DNA from: Schmidtea polychroa
Taxonomy: Eukaryota
Direction of reading: 5' to 3'
DNA length: 64,000 nt
Assembly (NCBI GenBank): GCA_044892525.1
Contig: CM097885.1
Coordinates: 236,594,001 to 236,658,000 of the forward strand
Position numbers and translations under genes: made by a program. Below the pieces are notes generated by a model. That model saw only the letters and a list, made by a program, of their open reading frames with translations. It did no database searches and was not told where the DNA came from. Below are positions 1 through 12,617 of this stretch, piece by piece; position 1 is the stretch's first letter, and the number at the start of each line of letters is the position of its first letter.

Positions 1-148
1 GTCAGTTATATTTATTTTAAATTTCGAGTAAAGTGATTAACAAAAAGTTAATTATAACCGGTTTTATCATTAGATTTTATCAATTATTTAGGGTTAATGA
101 CCAAATTATTTTACATGTTTTATAATATTCGTGATAATAGGAATTAAA

Positions 149-620
149 GTCATTTAAAGGGGATTTTAAGCAATCTTATTAGTCTGAGGTAAATATATAA
201 CCTTTTAAGGATATTTATCGATAAAATACTAATCTTTAAAGATAGTTATTTCAGGGAAATTTGATGCTTTTTAGATGATTTTAGTGAAATATTTGTAATA
301 ATATGGATTAAGGGTAGAAATATAGTCATTTAAGAGATTTTAAGGAATCTTGTTAGTTTGAGGTGAATATATAGTCTTTTATGAGTACTTATCTTTAAAA
401 TATCAATCTTTAAAGATAGTGTTATTTCAATGAAATTTGATGCTTTTTAGATGATATTTGTAATAATATGAATTAAGGATAGAAATGTAGTCATTTAAGG
501 GGATTTTAAGGAATCTTGTTAGTTTGAGGTGAATATATGATCTTTAACAAGTACTTATCATTAAAATACCAATCTTTAAATATTGATATATTTAGGGGAA
601 AATGATTCTTTTTAGATGAT
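149..620. repeat. About 170-bp tandem repeat, about 3 copies
   Basis: GTCATTTAAG(G)GATTTTAAG..ATCTT.TTAGT.TGAGGT recurs at about 149, 325 and 490. Confidence 0.8.
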
Positions 621-1451
621 TTTATTGGAGAATTCACTTGGATATACCAATTATTGTCATTTAAATGAATTTACTGGTTTGTTAGATGTTATCATTAGTT
701 ATCTAGTCTCTTTTGGAATTTAATGATAATTATTTTTATTGTAGATTGCTGACTTTGATAATTGTAATGAATTTATACTGATTTTTTGAATATATTGAGA
801 AATCAGTCAATCAATTTGAGTACATGTATTACTTTTAAAAAAATAATTAAATTTAATTTTATTTAAATTAATTTATTCAATCTAAATCAATTATCTACTA
901 GATCTTATTTCAAAATTCTTATTAATTTATTATCTTAGTTGATTCATATTAACTTGAATGATCAATGACTAGAATTTAAAGTTCTTTCTTGTCCATTAAT
1001 TATATTTTTTTAATTTAGTATATTTTGAATAATTTAAATTTTTACAATAATTTAATCAATTTTTACCAAGTTATTGATGCCTTGAGTTCAAATATCTTAA
1101 AAGTGCCTTGAGTTCAATTAATTTTTCATCTAATTTTTTCAAGTGATGAGTATTTGCTTTTAAAGATCAATTTGTTAGTACATAGTTGTTGGTTGTAAGT
1201 AGTTGGTTGACTTTTTAGATTTTGATAAGAAAATAGTGTATGCGATGAAGAATAATTTTTTTTATTTAATTGCTATTATTTTTATGTGTTGTTAGTTGAT
1301 TGTTGGTACTTGGTATCTTGTATTTGGTAGTTGGTACAGTGTTGTTAATTTCTCGATGGGTTTTGATGGTGGTTGTTAGTACATGGTATCTAGTTGTTAG
1401 CTGATTGATAGTAACTACTTAATGGGTAGGTGGGGGGTTGAGAGTTACCAA

Positions 1452-1505
1452 TACCCCTACGACTAGTACCCTTACGACTAATACCCTTACGACCAGTACC
1501 CTTAG
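1452..1505. repeat. 15-bp tandem repeat TACCCTTACGACTAR
   Basis: 3-4 copies here; 5 or more copies in the homologous block at 33500-33582. Confidence 0.85.
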
Positions 1506-1960
1506 GGGGTCAAAACATCCTGTCGGATAAACTCAGAGTATATATAATAAAACTGATCAACAATAAGTATTTATTGAATGCGATTTTTACATTGCAATAA
1601 TAAGTTATCATTTAAAAGAAGAATGTTTTGTAAATTAGAATTCATTAGTCTTTCATTGTAATTAAAATTATTTTGAATTCCACGTGGTGATGAGTTGTGG
1701 TTTTTTGATGAAAATCAACATTTTTGTTAAATTTGAAAAGGTTTTTCTAATAATTGTAATTAAATATATTTTTGAAGATAGATAAAAAATTAATTTAAAA
1801 AGCATTTCATAAAATACAATAAAGAATATTTAGTAGTTAGTTGTAAGTATCTGGTTGTTTGAGAGTTAGTTAGTACGTGGTATCATGGTGTAAGTATTTG
1901 TTAGCACCTAGTTAAAAAATAATCAGTAACCGATTGTTGGTAACTGTTGAATTATTAGTA

Positions 1961-2014
<54 letters not shown>

Positions 2015-2229
2015 CATTTAAATTTCCATTTAAATTTTCATTATAAATTACATTTCTCAAAAAAGTTGGTGGTTATTCAATCTTTTGATAATAAATTTAA
2101 AAATCTTACTTTAATTTACTTATCCTTAATTTACCTAATTATTCTTTATTTCTTAATTTTACACCATAATTTACTTAACAACTAAATATAATCCTTATTT
2201 TCATATTTAACCAATAATTTCATGTGGTC

Positions 2230-3360
2230 TTCTGGTTGTAAGTGTTTGGTATCTAGTTGACAGTGCTTAGTACTAGGCAAGTTACTTGGTTGTTAGTACT
2301 TGGTTGATAATGCTTAGTGTCTGGTTGTATGTACTTGGTAGCTAGTTGTTAGTAACTAGTTGTAGGTAATTAATGCTTAGTAGTTGGTAACTGGTTGTTA
2401 GTACTTGGTAGGTGGTAGCTAATTGGTTGTAGGTACTTAGTAGTTGGTAATTAATGCTTAGTACCTGGTTGATGTTGGTTGTAGGTACTTAGTAGTTGGT
2501 AGCTAGTTGGTTGCTATCAGGTAACTAGTTGTTAGTAACTAGTTGTAGGTATCTGGTTGTTAATACATGTTCGTAATTTACTGGTACTTGGTATCTAGTT
2601 GTTAGTTGTTAGCGGGTTGTTAGTAACTAGGTATCTAGTTGTTAGTACTTGGTTGAAAATGCTTAGTACCTGGTTGATGTTGGTTGTTAGTACTTAGTAG
2701 TTGGTAGCTAGTTGTTAGTAACTAGTTGTAAGTACTTGGTATCTGGTTGTTAGTTGTTATCTGGTTGTGAGTAGTTGGTATCAGGTTGTTAGCTGGTTGA
2801 TAGTACTTGGTATCTGGTAATTAGTTGTAGGTACTTGGTTGTTTGAGAGTTATTTAGTACGTGTTATCTAGTTGTAGGTACTTGGTATCAGGTAACTGGT
2901 TGTTAGTAACTAGTTGTAAGTACTTGGTAGTTGGTTGTTAGTTGTTGGTATCAGGTTGTGAGCTGGTTGATAGTACTTGGTATCTGGTAATTAGTTGTAG
3001 GTACTTGGTTGTTTGAGAGTTATTTAGTACGTGGTATCTAGTTGTAGGTACTTGGTATCAGGTAACTGGTTGTTAGTAACTTGTTGTAAGTACTTGGTAG
3101 TTGGTTAATAATGCTTAGTACCTGGTTGATGGTGGTTGTTAGTACTTGCTAGGTGGTAGCTAGTTGTTAGTTGGTTGTAGCTAGTTAATGGGTAGGTGGT
3201 TGTTAGTAGTTGGTATCAGGTAACTAGTTGTTAGTAACTAGTTGTAGGTATCTGGTTGTAGGTATCTGGTATCAGGTAACTGGTTGTTAGTAACTAGTTG
3301 TAGGTATCTGGTTGTTAATACATGTTCATAAGTTACTGGTTGTTGGTACTAAGTTGTTGG
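2230..3360. repeat. Degenerate G/T-rich minisatellite (TAGTTGTTAGTACTTGGT-like units)
   Basis: Repeated short units with a higher-order duplication of about 170-180 bp (2780-2950 versus 2950-3100) and strong strand skew. Confidence 0.85.
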
Positions 3361-3529
3361 TTTGTTGTTGAATTATTATTAAAATTTGTCTTTGAAAAAT
3401 ATTTCATAAAAATTTTCATTAAAAATTATCTTAAAAATTTCCATCTAAAATTATCATTGAAAAATATTTCTTAAAAATTTTCATTAAAAAATTTCAATTC
3501 TCAAACACCTTCAACTTTTTGTTAATAAA

Positions 3530-4510
3530 TTTTAAAATCTTACTTTAATTTACTTATTTAAAATTTTTTACCATTGATTACTTAATTTAAAAATTATTAC
3601 TTTAATTTACTTATTTAAAATTTTTTACCATTGATTACTTAATTTAAAAATTTGGACCTTAATTAACTTTAATTTAATTTTTAGAACCATAATTTACTGT
3701 AATTCAAAATTTGAGCCATAATTTACTTTAATTTAATTTTTAGAACCATAATTTACTTTAATTTTAAAATTTGGACCATTATTTACTTTAATTTCAATTT
3801 TTAGAACCATAATTTACTTTAATTGAAAAATTTACCACGTTTTTAGTGTAGACCACCTATTTCTCAGGACCAAGGAGACCCCCCTCACTATAGTCTGAAA
3901 AATCCTTGGCTTTTTTAGTGTAGACCAGATTTTTGTATTGAAAATATCCTGAGACCTTAAATTACCATGCTTTTTTAGTGTAGACCAGCTTTTTGTATTG
4001 AAAATATCCTGAGACCTTAAATTACCACGTTTTTTTAGTGTAGACCACCTATTTCTCAGGACCAAGGAGACTCGCCTCACTATAGTCTGAAAAATCCTTG
4101 GCTTTTTTAGTGTAGACCAGCTTTTTGTATTGAAAATATCCTGAGACCTTAAATTACCATGCTTTTTTAGTGTAGACCAGCTTTTTGTATTGAAAATATC
4201 CTGAGACCTTAAATTACCACGTTTTTTTTGTGTAGACCACCTATTTCTCAGGTTCTAGGAGACTCACCTCACTATAGTCTGAAAAATCCTTGGCTTTTTT
4301 AGTGGTAGTCGGATTTTTGTATAGAAAAAATTTTATTTGTATTGAAAATCCCAGGACCATCGTTTTTGTATTGAAAAAAATTTTTTGTATTGAAAATCCC
4401 AGGACCATCGTTTTTGTATTGAAAATCCCAGGACCATCGTTTTTGTATAGAAAAAATTTTTTTGTATTGAAAATCCCAGGACCATAGAGACCCCCTCACT
4501 ATAGTCTGAT
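3530..4510. repeat. Subterminal tandem arrays: about 30-bp AATTTACTTTAATTT units, then composite TAGTGTAGACC and TTTTTGTATTGAAAAT modules
   Basis: Direct inspection; the ORFs called here (3832-4545) translate into repeated peptides. Confidence 0.85.
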
Positions 4511-4649
4511 AAAAAAAAATTTGTACCCAAAATCCCTGAAAGCAAAAAATGTGAGTTGGAACAATTGCGTAATAAAAAGTTGGAACAATTTTACCCCCCC
4601 CCTCAGGGGGGGGGGGGTAATTGTTCCAGTGCGCTACTATCTACCTACT

Positions 4650-5192
4650 AAAATCGATGAAACTACTCATCAATGTAAATCTTTTTTAATGGAAGCTGTG
4701 GAAAAATCAATCAGTAAGTTTCTTGAAGATCCTGAATTTTAATTATTTGATGCGACCCATAAAATAATGTCGAACTTAGTTTTGTTATTTGAGGCCCTAA
4801 AAGCTATAAAACTAAGCTCAGTAGCCAGTGAACGAGTATTTTCAATTTCAGGCAATATTGTGTCCAAAATAAGAACAAGACTTAGCCACCGTTCAGTAGA
4901 TATTTTATGTTTTTTGAAATCCTATTTTCTTAGTAGAAATATTAATTAGTAAAAAATACAGGTTACAGTGAAAATTTTCATTGTTGTTTAAGCCTTTGTT
5001 ATTTTGTTTGATAACATGTAGACCTTATTTTAGCATTTTGACTTTTTTATTGTTTATTTGGTTTTTTTATATATAATTTGAAATAAATTATTTTTTCGTA
5101 TTCGTTTTGCGGCAAAAATTCGAAAACCGAATTTTCGAAAAAATGAAAACCGAAAACTGGTTTTTCGAAAAGTACGGTTTTGTAAAAACTTT
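4650..5192 (+). mobile_element. 3' remnant of a hAT transposon (C-terminal dimerization domain)
   Basis: ORF 4767-4949 SSVASERVFSISGNIVSKIRTRLS matches the hATC motif; subterminal AAAACCG repeats at 5120-5180. Confidence 0.75.
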
Positions 5193-5584
5193 ATTCTGGC
5201 ATAAAATATAAGAAAAACTTCATTCCAAATTGAATTTGTTTAGAAGAAATATATTATTTCCAAATTACTTGCACTCATCAATACAAATAAATTTTGAAAA
5301 AATAGGTTTATACATTTATGTTGAATATTTTAAACAAAATCTTAAACAAATATATATTTATATAAATAAATTTTTATAGGAAATCTGTATAATACAAAAT
5401 GAAGAAATAACATTTAAATTTTTATTGGTCTTGATAATTTTTAAAATGTTTACCATAGTTAGATATCTGTTTGTTTAAATAATTTGGAATTGGCGGTTTT
5501 GCGAATTAATTAAAACTTGTTATTTAGAAATTCTTTGATTAAATATATATTGTTAGTTTCGAGATTTTTGCTGCAAATTTAAAG

Positions 5585-6892
5585 ATGGATCTAAAGATGG
5601 ATTTAACTGGCGACCACGCCGAAAATCAAAATATCAACGCCATTTCAAAATCGACAAAATCGCTAATGGAATGCCTACCGAAATCATGCCAAGACATGCT
5701 CACATTGAACATCAGACGATATGATGGACGAGGTTTAAAAGAAGCCGAAGAATGGATCAGGGATATAGAAGAATGGTTGCTGACAAATGGACAGCGATTG
5801 ACAAGCACTTTCGATGTGTTATTAGTGGCAGAAGCAAAGACATTGTGGGGAAACGTCAGAGAAACAGAAACAACAGATGTAAAAGCCAAAGCGTGGTTCT
5901 TAAATACGTTCACAATTACAAAATCAATAACTGACAAAATCAGAGAATTGGCAGCTATGGAACAAGAAGATGATGAAAGGTTTGCAGCTTTTGAAATACG
6001 GCTAAGGAAAGCTTTAGCTGAAGTTATAAATTCAGGACGATCAGAAGAAGATATTGTTCAAGATCTCATCGCAAATAAAGCACGCGATGCGAGACTGAGA
6101 GAGATACTATTGACGAAACCAGAAACAAAAATTGAAGAATCGAGATCATTGGCGAAAATTTTTGAAAGTAACAAAAATGGAAACCATAAAACAGAATTTA
6201 TTAAAGCAATCGGTCAAAGAACATACGCTAGCGTGACTGAGGGAGGGAAGATGAGAATTCAAAAGAATACCCAAGATCCCATGCATACATCATCACAAAG
6301 AAGACTACCAGAGGACCAATTTAGTCACCACAGATCAAGAAGAGACGAACATCCTATACGCGGACCAATACAATACGAAGGAAATAACCATGGTCGTCGA
6401 GAACAATCTCCAAGACAACAATTCTTGAGAAATGCGAGAATCCCGAATAGCTCAGAAAGGAAGCTGCCAACAATATCCATGAAGAATATTGCAAGGAGGC
6501 TGTACAATGAAAGTAGGGGACTACCACAAGCATCGGTCCCAAAATTAACGGTAGGTGATTGTTTTTGCTGTGGCGAAAGGGGACATAGAAGGTATGAGTG
6601 TCCACTGGGAAATAAATGTCTGATATGTGGCAAGGAAGGACACGGGTTCCGAGATTGTTTTTCGTTACGGAAAGATGTTCCACAACGATATCAAAGAATA
6701 GCGTGCATAGAAGAAGAAGATTCAAAATCTGAAACAAGAGATTACACCGAGAACAGCCAGGATTTCAGAATGGATCACAGCAATATGGAAGATAGATACA
6801 ATGTCCCTGAGAAATATACTATATTGAGAGAAGACGGAAAAAACATCAGCGACTCCATGGGTTTCATTTCGTCGGTGGAGTCAAGACAATAA
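5585..6892 (+). CDS. gag: Gag with two CCHC zinc knuckles (true start probably downstream of the PBS, e.g. ATG 5666)
   Basis: CFCCGERGHRRYEC and CLICGKEGHGFRDC. Confidence 0.9.
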   Translation: MDLKMDLTGDHAENQNINAISKSTKSLMECLPKSCQDMLTLNIRRYDGRGLKEAEEWIRDIEEWLLTNGQRLTSTFDVLLVAEAKTLWGNVRETETTDVKAKAWFLNTFTITKSITDKIRELAAMEQEDDERFAAFEIRLRKALAEVINSGRSEEDIVQDLIANKARDARLREILLTKPETKIEESRSLAKIFESNKNGNHKTEFIKAIGQRTYASVTEGGKMRIQKNTQDPMHTSSQRRLPEDQFSHHRSRRDEHPIRGPIQYEGNNHGRREQSPRQQFLRNARIPNSSERKLPTISMKNIARRLYNESRGLPQASVPKLTVGDCFCCGERGHRRYECPLGNKCLICGKEGHGFRDCFSLRKDVPQRYQRIACIEEEDSKSETRDYTENSQDFRMDHSNMEDRYNVPEKYTILREDGKNISDSMGFISSVESRQ

Positions 6893-9345
6893 ATTGTGAA
6901 ATAGGAAATGAACAACGAAGAGACGAGGCAGAAGAAGAGATGTACCAGACGAAAGATGGAAGAAATTGGAGTAAAATAATGTTGAATAATGCCGAAACAG
7001 AGATGTTATGGGATTCTGGAGCATCAGTAACAGTTATGAGCAAGAATTTGTGGGAGAAAATAGGCAAACCAGAACTTAAACGTTGTATGATATTATTGTG
7101 CGGAGTTTTTTCAACTGGAGGTGAAGAAGCAATGGGATACATGACTATACCGGCCACGTGGAATCAGAAGACCAAAATGATCACAGTAGTAGTGGTAAAA
7201 GAGATCAAACCCGAATTCATAGGGGGCATTGATACAATGAAAGAGTTTGGAGTAAAGTTAATGAAAATCAATAATATAGAAACGTCATTGATAAACAAAA
7301 TTTACACTGATGAAGAAAGAATAAATAAAGCACTAGTGGCGATGGCAGGTGAGAATAATAAAGATATTGAAGGAATGATCAGGGAATTCGGCGGAATTTT
7401 TATGGCATCGAAATTCGATCTGGGATTTACAAACTTAGTTCGACATGAGATGCGGATAACAGGAGGCCCAATAATGCAATATCCTCGACGTCAACCAATG
7501 CACATGGAGAAAAAGATTGAAGAACTGATAAAAGAGTTATTCGGTGTTGCAAGAGTCCTTGGAATGCCCCGTTAGTGATAGTAGGGAAGAAAGATGGATC
7601 TATCAGGATGTGTGTAGATTATCGTGGATTAAATTCCATAACAGAAAAAGAGTCATTTCCGATGCCTAACACCAAATTCTTACTAGACTGTCTCGCGAAT
7701 GCAAAAATATTTTCGTCAATCGATTTAGGTCAGGCGTATTAGCAAGTGGAGTTAGCTCCAGAAATTCAAGAGATGACTGCATTCAGTACAAGAGAAGGAC
7801 AATTTTGCTTCAATAGACTACCATTTGGCTTAGCAACAGCTCCTGCGACATTCCAGAGACTGATGCACACAGTGCTAGAAGGAATGCTATTCAAGGGAGT
7901 AGTAGTTTATCTAGATGATATCTTGGTATATGGTAAAAGTCAAAAAGACCACGATGAGCTATTAAGGGAAATATTCAGAAGAATTCAAGTGGCAGGACTG
8001 AAGATAAATCCAGAAAAATGCAAATTCAATAAAACAGAATTGTGTTTCCTTGGTCACACAATTAACGAGAAGGGTATCCAGACAAACAGGAAGAAAGTGG
8101 AAGAGATCGAGAAAGCAGAAGTACCAAAATGTTCAAAACAATTGAGATCGTTTCTCGGATTAACAAACTACTATAGAAGATTCATCAAAGACTATGCCAA
8201 AATCGCCGAACCATTATACGCTGCAACATCTGGATGCGATAAAGATATAAATTGGACTAAAGAATGCAATGAAAGCTTCCAAACTCTGAAGAGACGGTTG
8301 TGCGAAGCACCTATCCTTGATTTTCCAAGAGAAGATAGGACTTTTATCTTAGACACAGACGCTAGTTTTGAAGCCATTGGTGCAGTTTTGAGTCAAATTA
8401 CAGAAGATGGAGAAGAATCTGTCATAGCTTATGGCTCGAGACATATGTCATCACATGAAAAGGGATACTGTGTAACCAGGAAAGAACTGCTCGCCATACA
8501 TGAATACGTCATGCATTTTAGAGAATATCTGTACGGAAAAAAATTCATAATTCGCACCGACCACAAGGCATTGGTTTTCATGAACACTACAAAAACGCCA
8601 ATCAGTCCGCAGTTCCAAACATGGTTAGCTAACCTGTCGGAATATGATTTTGAACTAAAATATCGGAAAGGAGAAGAACACTCGAATGCAGATGGACTAT
8701 CAAGATTATAAAGTATGATTTGCACCCAGTGTCAAACAAGACATGAAGAAGCTAAGCAAGGAAAATCAAAGATTAGATATATATATATACTATCCAAAGA
8801 ACAGAAGCTATGGAAAAAGTATGGGAACAACAACAAAAGGACATTCGGTTTCAAGAGCTGCGAGAGATATTGGAAAATGGATGTACACAGGAGAAAAAGA
8901 ATTGTTTTCCTTTTAACGTAAAAAATACACGAATTGATGGAGGATTAATAACAGTAGAATAGAACAAAAATATCTTAATGTTAGTCCCAGAAACATTTGC
9001 AGGCCTGTTAACAACAACACTACATGAAGAACTATGTCACATTGGAGTTAAGAAATTATTTCATTATATGGAAAAGATATTTTATTGGCCGAAAATGCAA
9101 GAAACAATCCAACTCTGTTTACGATGTTGCGAGATCTGCGCTAAGAGAAAGATCGATCAGACAAGAACCAAGGAAACATTTATTCCTAGATATAGCTCTG
9201 AATTCCTAGAACAGATTGTTTTAGATGTGGCTTACATGGAAATAAACGCCATGAAAAAATATATGGTAGTAATGGTGGACCGTTTTAGCAAACTGATTTC
9301 TTTAACTGCAATCACAAAGCAAGACGAAGGGACCATTTTCAATTA
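6838..9345 (+). pseudogene. pol: Pol (protease, RT, RNase H, partial integrase), disrupted
   Basis: WDSGA, LPFGLATAPATFQ, YLDD, TDAS, TDHKAL, NADGLSR and HHCC zinc finger; frameshifts near 7540 and 8710 and an in-frame TAG near 7740. Confidence 0.93.
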
Positions 9346-9352
9346 TAAATAA

Positions 9353-10726
9353 CAGGGGTGCCCACTAATTTTTCTAGGAGAGCTACATTCACATCCAAAA
9401 TGTGTATGCGATCTACTTTTTTAATACTTACATAATATTTACCTACAATGCAATAAATTCATCACAATAAAACAAATATATGTCAAAATATGGAAAATTA
9501 AACTATATAACTATTTATTATAAAAAAATGTAACTTAGGAAATCAAATTTAATGAAAATTATTTTTATATAGAACTTTTCGATGTTGATGCTCTACATTG
9601 GGTTGAATCCACTAGATTTTTGTAGTTTGGGATATAAGTGCTAAGATAACTTCTTAGGCTGGATTCCAAATGGTCATCTGTTAATGTTGCTCGGTACTTT
9701 GACTTTATAATTTTCATATGTGAAAATGCAGACTCACATAAATAAGTTGAACCAAAAAATGATACTAAATTTTTGAAGCATTTTTTCAAGTTTGAATATT
9801 TATCCTCTAATAGATATTTCCATACATTTGGTTCGGAAGATCTTGATTTAATGAAGATATCATTTTGAAGTGTGATTATTTCCATTTCAAGTATAGGGAT
9901 ATCCATTTTAAACAAAGTTGAAATTGAATCTGCAACAATTTCTGGTTTTATTTTTGGATTAAACGGAAAGGACATAAATGCAGCCACAATTTCAAGTTTC
10001 TTGAAGTCTTGAAAACGTCTCTCGAACTCTAAAACCAAAATTTTGATCTGTTCCGCATATCTCGTAATATTAAAGTTGACATTTTCAGATTCGTAAAAAA
10101 TGACTGTTGAAAAGAAATGCATGTTTTCAGTTCCATGATTTTAGACTTGCGTAGTTCACTGTCAAGTGGATAATCAACTGCAAAATTCTTATGAATTGTC
10201 TTGAAATGCTTTTCCAAATTCCCTCTTTTTGGTAATGAAATAGTAGCTTTACAAATTAAGCAACAACATTTACCTTTAATCATTACAAAAAAGTACTCCT
10301 TCTCCATTTCTTCGCTATAATGATAAGTCTTGGCTTTTTTATTTAGCATTTTTTTTATTTAGCTTTTTTTTATTTAGCATTTTTAAACAAAATTAATTTA
10401 ACAAAAAAGCTTAAGAAAATTTTTCACTTTGTTACACCAAAATTTTTTTATTTAGCATTTTTAAACAAAATTAATTTAACAAAAAAGCGTAAGAAAATTT
10501 TTCACTTTGTTACACCAAAATTTTTTTATTTAGCATTTTTAAACAAAATTTATTTAACAAAAAAGCTTATGAAAATTTTTCACTTTGTTACACAAAAATT
10601 TAAGCATAAAACAGAAATTTTATATAAAATCTAAATTTATATAAAAAATATTTTTTTTATGAAGATCTACTAAAAAATCCTTCGCGATCTACCGGTAGAT
10701 CGCGATCGACCTTATGGGCACCCCTG
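9353..10726 (-). mobile_element. Internally deleted hAT (SPIN/GTF2IRD2-like) transposon
   Basis: TIRs CAGGGGTGCCCA...TGGGCACCCCTG. N-terminal CLIC..NLEKHFKTIH (10029-10349) is joined to C-terminal FGSTYLCESAFS (9565-10122). About 78-bp x3 repeat at 10360-10600; palindrome CGCGATCTACCGGTAGATCGCG at 10683-10704. Flanks ATAAATAA/ACATATAA match only 6/8. Confidence 0.9.
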
Positions 10727-12545
10727 ACATATAATTACAAAGTAATTATATAAGAAAGATCGGTAAGTGTGTCAAGCTTTTCAGCTTGTTTGTAGCTTCT
10801 AGGTATTATTACATAACACTAAGAACTCGCCACACTAATGTCCAATGTGAGGAGAGTAATTTTTACGACACAGTATAATACGACATGTAAAATCATCATT
10901 AAATTTCTGAGAACTTATAGAACACCTAGAGCTTGCCAGTAGACAAGGAAATAAATTGATAAATGACGCAAAATATTTATAAAATCACTAATCGAAAAAT
11001 TTTACAGTAACACATAAAACCATATTGACCAGATTATTGTTCAACTTTTGTAAAATAATGACTGAAATAAATGCAGTTTTGTGTTGAAAATAAATTTTAA
11101 GGGGACATGGGATAATCATTAATTCAAATTAACAAGTTCTCCGGAGTATTCCTCGTGTAAAATTCACTTTAAAAAATTTGTAAGAAATAAGAAAATTTTT
11201 GCGTATTGTAGATTCTCCAAAATCGACTTCCGATATGAAGATTTTATATACACCGAAGTTGATGATATTTTACAAGAATATTTGAACACTATTAATTTTT
11301 TGTAATTATTAATGTTCTTGTTTATTTACAATATTACCCATGACATTAAAAAAACAACAATTAATGTTACATAACGAGCACAAGCAATAATTACACGACT
11401 AGTTAGAAAAGGATGAAATTTGAAAATTAAATGTCGACTTTCACAAATTGAGTTCATCAAAAGAAAATAGATTAAATATCTTGAGAAAACTACAGAAATG
11501 GAGAAATAGTAAATTAGGAATTTATCATAATTTGAAAGAGAGACGATTGGAAGCAAGGCACACAGCTATTTAAGAAAGCAAAACAGAAGTTGAAGTAACC
11601 AAACAATTAATACAAGTAGATCGAAGAGGATTAGCCGAGGCAATTTAGTGATCAATTAATTCGACTATTCCTTACGAGTTTTGAGTGGTGAATCTTTTGT
11701 AATTCTGTTATCACAAATCAAATTAATTGTAATTGTAATAGACAATAAATATTTGTAACATCGAGAACTAGTCAGTGTTCTTAATATTTTAAGACATGCA
11801 TTGAGTCATATCAAACAATTGGTAATATTTAATTTGACCGCCAATCTCAACAATACAATCTATTAAATATCAAACAATACGAAAAAAATTAATTTACATT
11901 GAAAAATAACAAAAAATGCAATTTTTTTAGTTATTATTTTAGAAGAAATTATTATTTATTTATTTGTAAAATCGCATAGAATCAAAATTACAGTCCAATT
12001 TTCTGTTAAAAATTAATTAATTAACCAGTAAAATTAAATTATAAATAGAAAACAATATTTTAGCATATTGCTAGACCTAATAATCTAAAATATTAATTTA
12101 TTAAAATAATAAAAATTGAAAAATTATTGACTTTTATTTGAAGTATATATCCAAATGGAATTAAATGGTTTTTCATCTATAAACGGTATCTTATAATTAA
12201 ATTCTGTTAATTTCTAGTTAATGTTAATTTTATATTATAATTATATTGAACAAACAGTTAATTAGTATATTATCAATATTTAATCAAAATTATTTTAAAT
12301 GTTTAAATTTAAATTTTTAAAAAAACCTTCCATTTAAATTAAAGTAAATTTATTTTTTAATCATTTATTAAAGTATTTTAATTCCAGCTGTGAAAACTTA
12401 AATTGTTTTAATATTGAAATAATTATGATATCAATTATCAATATCCTCATTAATATATCACTGTTTGTTTAATCCATTCATAATCAATAACACTTTTTGA
12501 TTGAGGCATAATCAATAAATTCAAATGAATCTACTACTGATTTAA

Positions 12546-12617
12546 CCGTTTGTGGACGGAATTAATTTTAATTAGGCCATTTAAGGCCAGTACTGCTGGC
12601 CTACCGTCCGCAAACGG
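12546..12617. mobile_element. 72-bp piggyBac-type miniature element
   Basis: TTAA on both sides; TIRs CCGTTTGTGGACGG and CCGTCCGCAAACGG (13/14 match). Confidence 0.75.

Larger units (their letters stand above)
1..4649. mobile_element. Right-terminal region of a Polinton/Maverick-like element (non-coding, repeat-rich)
   Basis: Ends in CTACTATCTACCTACT (reverse complement AGTAGGTAGATAGTAG), an AG-starting terminus like the AGTAGG end of the Polinton at 54291. Has a subterminal GGAACAA plus C/G hairpin and shares a motif (1490-1548) with that Polinton's subterminal repeats. Abuts a truncated hAT ORF. Confidence 0.55.
5320..9345 (+). mobile_element. Ty3/Gypsy LTR retrotransposon 1, decayed and 3'-truncated within integrase
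   Basis: gag-PR-RT-RH-IN order; putative PBS TGGCGACCAC at 5608, the same as in element 2. The 5' boundary is approximate and no 3' LTR is seen. Confidence 0.9.

Noticed and set aside
1934..2185. Poly-Leu membrane protein ORF (also 55002-55202)
   Set aside because: Translation of (TTA)n microsatellites
2230..3360. Telomeric repeat
   Set aside because: G/T-skewed but lacks a regular TTAGGG or TTAGG unit
3830..4510. CRISPR-like repeat array
   Set aside because: The intervening segments are themselves repeated rather than unique spacers; eukaryotic context with no cas genes
5626..8725. Antisense and alternate-frame ORFs over gag-pol (similar ones overlap other transposases and the Polinton genes)
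   Set aside because: Shadow ORFs with no motifs
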